From NCBI GenBank assembly GCA_964626335.1, contig CAZVFN010000001.1, forward strand, positions 11,482 through 75,481: 64,000 nucleotides of DNA, written 5' to 3'. The DNA comes from an uncultured Ectothiorhodospiraceae bacterium (GTDB taxonomy: Bacteria > Pseudomonadota > Gammaproteobacteria > XJ16 > Halofilaceae). The notes beneath the pieces are model-generated. The model saw nothing but the letters and a program-made list of their open reading frames with translations, ran no database searches and had not been told where the DNA came from. The translations under genes and the position numbers were made by a program. Shown piece by piece: positions 34,599 through 45,301 of this stretch; within the stretch, counting starts at the first letter, position 1, and every line of letters begins with the position of its first letter.

Positions 34599-34602
<4 letters not shown>
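32863..34602 (+). CDS. hypX: HypX/HoxX-type maturation protein (formyltransferase-like N-domain plus enoyl-CoA hydratase-like C-domain)
   Basis: MRVLLLTEAFNSLTQRLHVEL...HPGAPGDRGPSSLDWA (formyl-transferase fold), and later GILHFDFYNGAMS...LAGGRDFWSNGLHLN (crotonase fold). Sits between hypD and hypF. Confidence 0.8.
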
Positions 34603-36937
<2,335 letters not shown>

Positions 36938-36950
<13 letters not shown>

Positions 36951-37945
36951 AGCGGATCGGACTCGCCCACGGCAACGGCGGTCGCTACATGCGCGAGCTG
37001 ATCGACGACCTGTTCGCGCAGCGCCTGGCCAACCCCTGCCTGGATGTCACCGTGGACGCGAGCCCGCTCGAGCTGGGCGATGGCCGCCTGCTGGTGACGA
37101 CCGACGGCTTCACCGTCGACCCGCTCGAGTTTCCCGGCGGCAACATCGGCTCGCTCGCCGTGCACGGCACGGTCAACGACCTCGCGGTGGCCGGGGCGCT
37201 GCCGCGCTACCTCACGCTCAACGCGTTCCTCGAGGAAGGCACGGAGATCGCGCTGCTCGAGCGGATCGTGGACGCCCTGGCAGCCGCGGCGCGCGACTGC
37301 GGCGTCGCCGTCGTGGCCGGCGACACCAAGGTCGTCGGGCGCGGCGAGTGCGGCGGCGTGTATCTCGTGACCACGGGGCTCGGCAGCCCGATCGACGGCC
37401 CCCGGCTGGGCGCCGCCGCGGTCCGGACCGGCGACCGGATCGTGGTCAGCGGTCCGGTCGGCGACCACGGCGCGGCGGTGATGCTCGCGCGCGAGGAATT
37501 CGGCATGCGCGGGGACCTCCACTCCGACACCGCCAGCGTCGCGCCGGCCGCGCACGCGCTGATGGGCTGCCCGGGCGTTCGCTTCATGCGCGATCCGACC
37601 CGGGGCGGGCTGGCCACGGTGGTCAACGAGATCGCACGCCAGACGGGGCTCGGGATCAGGCTCCACGAGGGCGACGTCCCGGTCAGTGAGGCGACCGCCG
37701 GGGTTTGCGAGCTGCTCGGTTACGATCCGCTGTATCTGGCCTGCGAGGGCCGGCTCGTCGCGGTGCTCGCCGCCGAGGAAACCGAGCGCGCACTGGAGCT
37801 GCTCGCCGCCTGCGGCGCCGCGCCGCGGCCGGCCGTGATCGGCGAGATCGGGTCGCCGCCGGGCGAGGTCGCCCTCGAGACCGAGCTCGGCGGCCAGCGC
37901 GTCCTCGACGAGCTCGAGGAGGATCCCTTGCCGCGCATCTGTTGA
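36938..37945 (+). CDS. hypE: Hydrogenase maturation protein HypE
   Basis: Start ATG 36938 (MEQVKRIGLAHGNGG). AIR-synthase-like fold. C-terminal ...DPLPRIC (PRIC motif). Confidence 0.92.
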
Positions 37946-38011
37946 CCGCGCGTCGGGGCACCGGCCGCCCCGCGCACGCACGGCACCGCGCCCGCGAGCG
38001 CGCGCGGGCCC

Positions 38012-39508
38012 ATGGCCGCCATCGACCCGCGCGAACCCGCGACTCGGGCACGACCCCCTATGGCACCCAGTGACGACACCCCGGGGCTGCGCCTCGTCTT
38101 CGGCGCCAGCGGCTACATCGGCCGCCATCTCGTGCCGTACCTGCGGGCTCGCGGTCTTGCGGTCCGGGCGGTCGCGAGACGCCGGGGCCCGCTCGCGGCG
38201 CGCGCGTGGCCCGGCGTCGAGATCGGCGAAGCCGATGCCCTGCAGCCCGATTCGCTCGAGCCAGCGCTCGCAGGCGTCAGCGTGGCCTACTACCTGGTCC
38301 ATTCCATGGCGGCCGGACAGGGCTTCGGTCGGATCGACGAACTCGCCGCGGACCACTTCCGCCTGGCGGCCGCCGCGGCCGGTGTCGAGCGCATCGTCTA
38401 CCTCGGGGGACTGGTTCCGCCCAACGCGGCCAGCGAGCATCTGCTCTCGCGAGCGCGCACGGGCGAGATCCTGGGCCGGGGGACGGTGCCGGTCACCGAG
38501 ATCCGCGCGGGGATCGTCGTCGGCCCCGGCTCCGCGGCATTCGAAACGATGCGCGACGTGGTCCTGCATCTGCCGCTGGTCCTGCTTCCGCGCGCCGCGC
38601 GGCGCGCGACCACGCCGATCGCCCTGGACAATCTGCTCGAGTACCTGCACCGGGTGCCCGACGTCCCCGAGACCGCCGATGCCATCTATGACGCCGGGGG
38701 CCCCGAGGACGTCACCTATGAGCAGATGATGCGCCAGATCCCGGCGACGCTGGGCCGGCGGGCACCGCCCATGCCGTGCGTGCCCGGCGTGTCGCCGCGG
38801 GTCTTCGCGCTGGGGTTCCCGCTCGTGACGACGGTGCCGACCCCGATTGCCCGAGCGCTGATCGAGGGCATGAACAACGACTTCACGACGAGCGACCGGA
38901 GGTTGTGCCGGCTCGTCGACCAACCACTGATCCCCCTCGAAGCGTCCGTGCGGGCGGTCTTCGAGGCCGAACGCAGCGAGGGGGCCTGCGATCGCTGGGT
39001 CGAGGGAGCATTCTCCATGCGCCACAACCGTCACGATTACGCCTACTACCCCAAACGCGCGAGTGGCAGCCACACGACAACCGCGCCGCCCGCACAGGTC
39101 TGGTCGGTGCTGCAGTCGATCGGCGGCGTCAACCGCTATTTCTACCTCAACGGCCTGTGGACGCTGCGCGAGGTGCTGGACTGGATGGCCGGGGGTCCGG
39201 GACTCCGCCATGGCCGAAGCCATCCCACCGAGCTGCACGAGGGCGACCACGTCGACTCCTGGCACGTCATCGGCCTCGAGCCCGAGCGCCGGTTGACCCT
39301 GGGCTTCGGCATGAAAGCACCCGGCGCCGGCGTGCTGGAGTTCACCCTGGCGCCGCTCGACAACGGCGGAACCCGCCTCGCGGCGACCGCGTACTGGCAA
39401 CCGGCCGGGATCGCCGGCCTGCTCTACTGGTATCCGCTCGCCCCGTTCCACCAGCTCATCTTCGAAGGCATGACGCGCGAGATCTGCGAGCGCGCCGAGC
39501 GCCACTAG
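38012..39508 (+). CDS. NAD(P)-binding SDR/NmrA-like protein with a DUF2867-like C-terminal domain
   Basis: FGASGYIGRHLVPYL Rossmann motif. C-terminal half WHVIGLEPERRLTLGFGMKAPGAGVLEF. Start uncertain (38012 or ATG 38060). The stop codon lies inside the repeat at 39501. Confidence 0.6.
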   Translation: MAAIDPREPATRARPPMAPSDDTPGLRLVFGASGYIGRHLVPYLRARGLAVRAVARRRGPLAARAWPGVEIGEADALQPDSLEPALAGVSVAYYLVHSMAAGQGFGRIDELAADHFRLAAAAAGVERIVYLGGLVPPNAASEHLLSRARTGEILGRGTVPVTEIRAGIVVGPGSAAFETMRDVVLHLPLVLLPRAARRATTPIALDNLLEYLHRVPDVPETADAIYDAGGPEDVTYEQMMRQIPATLGRRAPPMPCVPGVSPRVFALGFPLVTTVPTPIARALIEGMNNDFTTSDRRLCRLVDQPLIPLEASVRAVFEAERSEGACDRWVEGAFSMRHNRHDYAYYPKRASGSHTTTAPPAQVWSVLQSIGGVNRYFYLNGLWTLREVLDWMAGGPGLRHGRSHPTELHEGDHVDSWHVIGLEPERRLTLGFGMKAPGAGVLEFTLAPLDNGGTRLAATAYWQPAGIAGLLYWYPLAPFHQLIFEGMTREICERAERH

Positions 39509-39677
39509 GAGCCTGTCCGGGCAATCCGTGCCGTCGCGAGCGCGTGGCACAGCGAGGCAGGTTGAGCGATCGTGAGACGAGCATGGGGGTCGCCATGTGA
39601 GTCGAGCGCTCACCAAAAGATGCCGCTGTGGCACGGGCACAGTCGGTACAGGGTTGCCGGGACAGGCTCCCAGTGGC
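39501..39677. mobile_element. MITE-like element B (~177 bp) with ~24-bp terminal inverted repeats GCCACTRGGAGCCTGTCC.GGCAA
   Basis: Left end GCCACTAGGAGCCTGTCCGGGCAA. Right end TTGCCGGGACAGGCTCCCAGTGGC. No ORF inside. A paralogue is at 22012 and a solo end at 11213. Confidence 0.6.
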
Positions 39678-39800
39678 CCGCCGCCTCGCCTGGCCGGATT
39701 CGCCGTTGCACGGTCCGTCCGGCGCCGCCTCGCACGGCGAACCGCGGGCGGACCGGGCATGCGCCGGCCCGTGCGAGCCGGCTATCGCCGGCCGGGGTGA

Positions 39801-40283
39801 TCAATAACGGCCATGGGCCTTCATGACGTAGTTCGCGAGTTCCGACGCCTCTTCGTTCATGCGCAGCAGGTTGCGGTGGGTGATGCGGAAGATAGCCCGC
39901 ATGACGCGATAGACGAGCCACGGGTCGGAATCGATCAATGCCTCGAAGTCCTCGGGCAGGAGGCCGTACACCTCCGCTTCGCCGCGGGCGCGCAGTGTCG
40001 CCCGCCGCGGCGACCGATCGACGAAGGCACGCGTTCCGGCGCATTCGCCCGAGTGCATCACATGGACGATCTCCCGTTCACCCGACCGGGTCGCGACGAC
40101 CTCGAGCTGCCCCCGAACCAGCAGGAAGAGTCGCAGATTCCGTTCGCCTTCCTCGACCAGGACCTCGCCGTCGGCCAGTCGGATCGCGTGCATCCGGTCC
40201 GCGAGCCGCGCGCACTGCTCATCGTCGAGCTCGGCGACCACGGGCGACGGACCCAGTTTGCGCACATCGATCTCGTCAGTCAT
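39801..40283 (-). CDS. Stand-alone cyclic-nucleotide-binding domain protein
   Basis: ORF 39801..40292, with ATG at 40283 (MTDEIDV). cNMP beta-barrel pattern LFLLVRGQLEVV...GECAGTRAFVDRSPRRATLRA. No DNA-binding domain. Confidence 0.7.
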   Translation of the reverse strand: MTDEIDVRKLGPSPVVAELDDEQCARLADRMHAIRLADGEVLVEEGERNLRLFLLVRGQLEVVATRSGEREIVHVMHSGECAGTRAFVDRSPRRATLRARGEAEVYGLLPEDFEALIDSDPWLVYRVMRAIFRITHRNLLRMNEEASELANYVMKAHGRY

Positions 40284-41053
40284 CGCGACCACTCCGCGTT
40301 ATCGATCACCCAGGGGCGGTCGCCACCGGTCGCAATGACGACGGGGCACCCCGCCCGAATGCCTCCGTGCAACCCCCTCGTTCCCGGACGTCATGGGGCG
40401 CAACCGGCCGCGCACCGAACGCGCCGCATCCGGGTGGCCGCGGCGGCGGTCACGCGCTTTCCGTGCCGCCATGCGGCCGCACCAGCGGCCCATGACGCGC
40501 AGCGGCTCGGATTCGCCGTGAACGGCCGTTGCCCGCGGCTCCACGCGCCGGGGCGCCGCCCACGTCGATCCCGATGCCGGGGCTTGACCGCCGATCGCGC
40601 CACTGCGATCCGATCCGACGCGGCTCGACTGCGTGCCGTGGCCCGGATCGCGCACGCGCGCCATGAGACTATACCCCGGGGTGTCCGGTCTCAGCCAGAT
40701 CGGGCGCTGCGGTTGCGGTACGCCGCGCCGTGCATGCCTCGCGATGGCGACATGCGCAGCGCAGCCACGCCGCCGACGCGCCGCCTGCCCGCTGACGGGG
40801 CCGACAAGGGCCCCCGGACCTCGACGCGGCATGGCTCGCCGCGCGGGCGCTCGCCGCCTCCGGCGCGATCGACCCGCGGCCGCCGGACCCAGCCCCCGGC
40901 ACGACGGCTGCACGGCTTGCCCCGGTGCGGGCCGCCGACGGTACCCGGCCGCCGTTGGGCTGGTTGCGCCGCGGGCCTCAGTGCTATCGTCGCCGCCCCG
41001 GCGGCTCCACCCAGGGGCAGCGTCCGGTATCGCTCCCGCTGCGGAGGTCGTCC

Positions 41054-41746
41054 ATGCGTGCCGTGATCACGCAAGCCCTCGGCCCGGATGTGGCTGGTGA
41101 AACGCTGAGCCTGCTGGATGCCACATCGGATCAATTGCGCTTTCGCCCCAACGAGCTCGTCTATGCGCAGGACAGCGCCGCCGATGGCATATTCGTCGTC
41201 TGTCATGGATGCATACTGCTCGAATGGAAGGCGCACAACGGCTATGTAGCGGCCCTGCGCCTGGCGACCGCGGGGCAGTCCTTCGGCCATCGCAGCTTCT
41301 GCGCCGGCGAGCCACGCTCCACCGAAGCCCGCTGCGTGAGTTCTGCGCTCGTGTTGCATCTGCCGTCCCGCGTGATCTGCAATGCCGCGTCGACGGACCC
41401 CGACTTCTATCGCATCCTGGCACGCCTGCTCGGGCGCGACGAGGGGCCCAAGCTCTCCAAGGTCGCGCGCAACGGACGCACGCCCGTGCGCCAGCGCCTG
41501 GCCTACGTGCTGGCGACGCTGACCGCGCGGCTCCAGAGCTCGGCTGTCGACGACGGCACGGTCTGGTTCGAATTCCCGCTCAAGCAGAAGGATCTGTCCA
41601 ATCTCCTCGACGTCACCCACGAAACGGTGTCGCGCTGCCTGCACGAACTCGAGCACGAGGAATTGCTGCGCGTCGAGCACAGCCCGCGGCGTCTCTGGAT
41701 CCGTGATCCAGCCGAACTGGAGCTCATCGCCGCGGGGCGCGACTGA
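41054..41746 (+). CDS. Crp/Fnr-family transcription regulator with an FNR-type E-x-x-S-R recognition helix and no N-terminal Cys cluster
   Basis: Start ATG 41054 (MRAVITQAL). Effector domain IFVVCHGCILLEW...SFGHRSF. HTH KQKDLSNLLDVTHETVSRCLHELEHEELL. Confidence 0.8.
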   Translation: MRAVITQALGPDVAGETLSLLDATSDQLRFRPNELVYAQDSAADGIFVVCHGCILLEWKAHNGYVAALRLATAGQSFGHRSFCAGEPRSTEARCVSSALVLHLPSRVICNAASTDPDFYRILARLLGRDEGPKLSKVARNGRTPVRQRLAYVLATLTARLQSSAVDDGTVWFEFPLKQKDLSNLLDVTHETVSRCLHELEHEELLRVEHSPRRLWIRDPAELELIAAGRD

Positions 41747-41977
41747 ACCGGCAAGTGCACGCGGCGCACCGTCAGACCCTCGCGGCCCGCCATCGGATCC
41801 GGGCCCTCGCGCCGGGTTGCAACCATCCTCGATCCGGCTCCGCGCCCGTGCTGGCCAGCAATCACGCGCAGCGGGCCCGGGTTGATCCGACAGCCCCGAA
41901 CGGCGCTTACCCGGGGGCATCCACCGCCGACGGCGACGGGGTCAAGCGCCGCGGACTCCGGGGAGGTTGCCCGCTTG

Positions 41978-42017
41978 CCTGCCCGGCCTCCGCCCTCCCT
42001 GTCGTGCGCCGGGCAGG
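41978..42017. terminator. 10-bp perfect inverted repeat (CCTGCCCGGC ... GCCGGGCAGG) between the convergent regulator gene and mtrB; possible bidirectional terminator
   Basis: Read directly. The loop is 20 nt and there is no clear U-tract. Confidence 0.25.
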
Positions 42018-42035
42018 TGCCATTCTCGACCGGCC

Positions 42036-44195
42036 CTAGAATCGCAACGCCACCGAGACCCGCAGCACTTGCACGGTGTCGTCGTACGATTCATCGCCCA
42101 GCGTGAGCACCGTGGGGATCGTGTCCGGCTCGACGCCGTCCTTGAAGAAATTGTCCTCGCGCAGATCCTCGACCAGGTAGCCGAGCTGCAGGTCCACATT
42201 CTGGCGCAGCGGACGCTGGGCACTGAGCTCGAGGCTCAGGCGCTCGGTGTTCAGGTCGGGAAACGGCGGTGCCGTGACGCCCTGCTTGTCGATGCTGTAA
42301 TCGCCGTCGGCGTGCGAGTAGGTGAAGTCGAGTCTTCCCTTCTCCCACTTGCCGGGCAGCTCGGCGACCTCCAGGCCGGCGCCGAAGGTCCAGAACCGGT
42401 CCACCTGGTCGGCGGTCCAGGCCGCACCGTTGATATTGTCGGCCCCGGCGACCTCCGCCTCCAGCCGCTGGGTGGAGACGAAGCCGTTCGTCGTGATCCC
42501 CTCGGCCGGTGCCGTCGAAACATCGAAGGTGATGCTGCGCGTCTGGCCCTCGGTCAGTCCCACGATCGTGTCCGTGTAGTCCTCGTTACCGAATTCCACC
42601 GCCAAGCCGACGGTCGTCGTCGTGCCGACCAGGTAATCCACGCCGACGCGTGTCGCATAGCGTTCGCGCTCGGCGAGATGGTAGCGGCGCAGGTCCGGGT
42701 TCTCCGTCGGGGTCAAGCGGAACGGGTCGCGGTCCGCCGAGCGGTCCTCGAACGTCTGGCGCGCGCGGACATTGAGCCGGGGCGTCGGATTCGCGCGCGC
42801 CTCCAGCCAGACGGTATCCGTCTCGACCTCCTCTGCATCCTGGAACGTGCGGTCGGTCTCCTGGTGCTCGACGGCACCGGCGAACGTCAAGCTGTTCGAC
42901 CAGCGGTAATCGAGCCCCAGGTCGACGCCGATGCGCTCATGGCTGTACGGCCGGTTCCTGCGCACGTCGGCAATGACCGAGTCGGTGCTCACCTGGGTGA
43001 AGGCGTCGCGCGGGGTATCGTTGTCGCGCTCGTCGTAGTCGAGCTCGGCGATGCCCGACAGGCGCTCCGTGAGGTCGCTGGTGACGCGCAGGTTCGCGGT
43101 CCGCGTGTTGACCTCGCCCTCCAGATCGCTGCGCGGCAGGGCCGGCGTCGAGATCCCGCCATTCACCGTCGTCGGCAGGAATGCCTCGTCCTGTTCCATG
43201 CGGCCCAGCGCAAGGCGCCCCGCCACGGTCGTCGAGCCCGGGGCCCGCCAGGAGCCGGAGACGGCGACCTGGTGGAACTCGTTGTCCGGGGCCAGTGACA
43301 GCTGACCCTCGTCGGCGCCGAACGCGGAGGTGAACGGGTTCTCCCAGCGCACGGCGTCGTTGTCGTTGTCGAACGTCGACACGCGGTAGGCGGCCTTGAG
43401 CTGCCAGCGGTCGCGGACATAGGCGGCCGACGCGTCGAGGGTCCTGGTTTCGTAGTCGACCGGCGTGATCAGCTCGGACGAACGGAACAGGAAGCTGCCG
43501 CCCTTGACCTTGCTCCCTTCCTGCCTCGATTCGCTGTAATCGAGGTTGAATCGCCATGCGTTGCCCTGGAGGAGCTCCGCGCCGAGGTCGACCTGCTCGC
43601 GCTCCTGCGCGATGTCGACATCCCGCAGGCTGGCGTCGAGCGCGGTCATGCCGCCTGTGGAACCCGAGCGCACCCACCCGCCGGGCAGCCGCTGATCCGT
43701 CGAGCCCGCGCCGCGGAAGATGGTCTGCGTGTCGTTGAAAGGGAACTCGGGTATCTCGGTGTAATCCAGATAGAGGCTGTAGCGACCCTGGCGGCCACCC
43801 TCCACCCGCAACGAGCGGCTGTCGATGCCGAGGTCCTCGCCGAGGATGTCGATGTAGCGGGCGTCATCGCCGCGATAGATCGCATCGGCGCCCAGGATCG
43901 CGAATCCCCCTTCTTCCTCGAGGCCCCGGTAATGGCCGAAGGCGAACGAATCCTCCGAGACATAGCCGCCGCCGAGGCTCAGGCTGCCGTTCCAGCCCGA
44001 CGGGAACTCGCAGTCATTGCACGCCCAGCCCTCCGTGTCCGCCGGGGGCAGGGAGAACGAGCCGTACTCGCCATCGGACGGGCCGTTGCCCTGGTCGCCG
44101 TCTTCGGCCACCACCGGCGCCGCGGCGATCAGCAGGCAGCCGGCGACCATCAGTGTCAGCCGGTCGTTGCAGCGCATCGCATCGTCGCTCGACAT
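42036..44195 (-). CDS. mtrB: MtrB/PioB-family outer-membrane beta-barrel of a porin-cytochrome complex
   Basis: Signal peptide. N-terminal CNDC (CxxC) motif. About 700 aa of beta-strand-like sequence ending ...VSVALRF. Immediately downstream of the decahaem mtrA. Confidence 0.85.
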   Translation of the reverse strand: MSSDDAMRCNDRLTLMVAGCLLIAAAPVVAEDGDQGNGPSDGEYGSFSLPPADTEGWACNDCEFPSGWNGSLSLGGGYVSEDSFAFGHYRGLEEEGGFAILGADAIYRGDDARYIDILGEDLGIDSRSLRVEGGRQGRYSLYLDYTEIPEFPFNDTQTIFRGAGSTDQRLPGGWVRSGSTGGMTALDASLRDVDIAQEREQVDLGAELLQGNAWRFNLDYSESRQEGSKVKGGSFLFRSSELITPVDYETRTLDASAAYVRDRWQLKAAYRVSTFDNDNDAVRWENPFTSAFGADEGQLSLAPDNEFHQVAVSGSWRAPGSTTVAGRLALGRMEQDEAFLPTTVNGGISTPALPRSDLEGEVNTRTANLRVTSDLTERLSGIAELDYDERDNDTPRDAFTQVSTDSVIADVRRNRPYSHERIGVDLGLDYRWSNSLTFAGAVEHQETDRTFQDAEEVETDTVWLEARANPTPRLNVRARQTFEDRSADRDPFRLTPTENPDLRRYHLAERERYATRVGVDYLVGTTTTVGLAVEFGNEDYTDTIVGLTEGQTRSITFDVSTAPAEGITTNGFVSTQRLEAEVAGADNINGAAWTADQVDRFWTFGAGLEVAELPGKWEKGRLDFTYSHADGDYSIDKQGVTAPPFPDLNTERLSLELSAQRPLRQNVDLQLGYLVEDLREDNFFKDGVEPDTIPTVLTLGDESYDDTVQVLRVSVALRF

Positions 44196-44215
44196 AACCA
44201 GCCCCCCAGGCGGCC

Positions 44216-45193
44216 CTACCGGCTCAGGTTGGATCCCGATGGACTATTGGAGCCGTGCACCTGCGTATGGCAGTTCGTGCAACTGCCCGACAGCAGGAAC
44301 GCCGACGGCGTCCCCGAGGGCAGGTCGTTACCGGTGCGACCGATGCTCGGGTGGCCCAGGCGCGAATGGCATTCCTGGCACAGCAGCGGCGACCGCTGCG
44401 TCAGCATGCCCTCGTGATTCGAGCCATGTGGCCGATGGCACAGCGAGCAGTCCTCGGTTACCGGTGCGTGTTCCCACAGGTGCGGGCCGCGCTTCTCCGC
44501 GTGGCACTCGTAGCAGGTCTGGTTGAGCGTCGGGCGCTTGAGCATCGCCTCGGTCAGCGAGCCGTGCGGCTTGTGGCAGGACGCGCAATCCATCTGGCCA
44601 TGGCGGAGCGGGTGCGTGTACGCGCGGCTCGCCTGCGCCTTCTGCTCGGTGTGGCAATCGAAGCAGACGCCCGCCTGCCGTGAAGTCACCGTCGTCGGGT
44701 CGCGCCGCGCGTGCGACTCGTGGCAGTCGGCGCAGCCGACCTCCTGGCGCTGGTGGACGCTGCCCGCCCAGGCCCCGTGGGACTGGCCGCGGTGGCAGTC
44801 CGCGCAGATCCGGTTCTCGCGCTCCTCGGACCAGAGCGAGTTGGGCCCGAACGCCGGCATCGGCGGACGCTCCTCGCCGAAGCCGACGCGCCCGGCGTGG
44901 TCGCCCCCGGGGCCGTGGCAGGCCTCGCACTGGGAGCCCGCGAACGGCGTGTCCGGGTCGCCGATCACGCCGTGCGGGCCCTTCATGACCGCGCCGATGT
45001 GCGGCTCGTCCTCGCCGCCGTGGCACTTGAGGCAGGTGTCGGCGCCCGCCTCGGTATAGGTGGGCATCGGCGCCTGGTCGCCATCGCCGCCGCCGTCCTC
45101 GGCCGCCCGCGCGGGCGTGCCGAGCACGATTCCGCCGACCAGCAGGGCCACCGCGGCGGCCCCACGGGCAGTCACACGGTGATGATCAGGCAA
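44216..45193 (-). CDS. mtrA: MtrA/DmsE-family periplasmic decahaem cytochrome c
   Basis: Ten CXXCH in about 300 aa: CLKCH, CEACH, CADCH, CADCH, CFDCH, CASCH, CYECH, CSLCH, CQECH, CTNCH. Signal peptide. The start is non-ATG (TTG 45193 or GTG 45175), so it is uncertain. Confidence 0.88.
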   Translation of the reverse strand: MPDHHRVTARGAAAVALLVGGIVLGTPARAAEDGGGDGDQAPMPTYTEAGADTCLKCHGGEDEPHIGAVMKGPHGVIGDPDTPFAGSQCEACHGPGGDHAGRVGFGEERPPMPAFGPNSLWSEERENRICADCHRGQSHGAWAGSVHQRQEVGCADCHESHARRDPTTVTSRQAGVCFDCHTEQKAQASRAYTHPLRHGQMDCASCHKPHGSLTEAMLKRPTLNQTCYECHAEKRGPHLWEHAPVTEDCSLCHRPHGSNHEGMLTQRSPLLCQECHSRLGHPSIGRTGNDLPSGTPSAFLLSGSCTNCHTQVHGSNSPSGSNLSR

Positions 45194-45301
45194 ACCGGCA
45201 TTCCCGTTGATTGCTGTTGTTCTATGTCGCCCGCGCGGACGACCTCCCTTGCCGAGCCGCCCGGCCCGGGCCGCGCGGAGCGACCCGGGCCCGCCACATC
45301 C

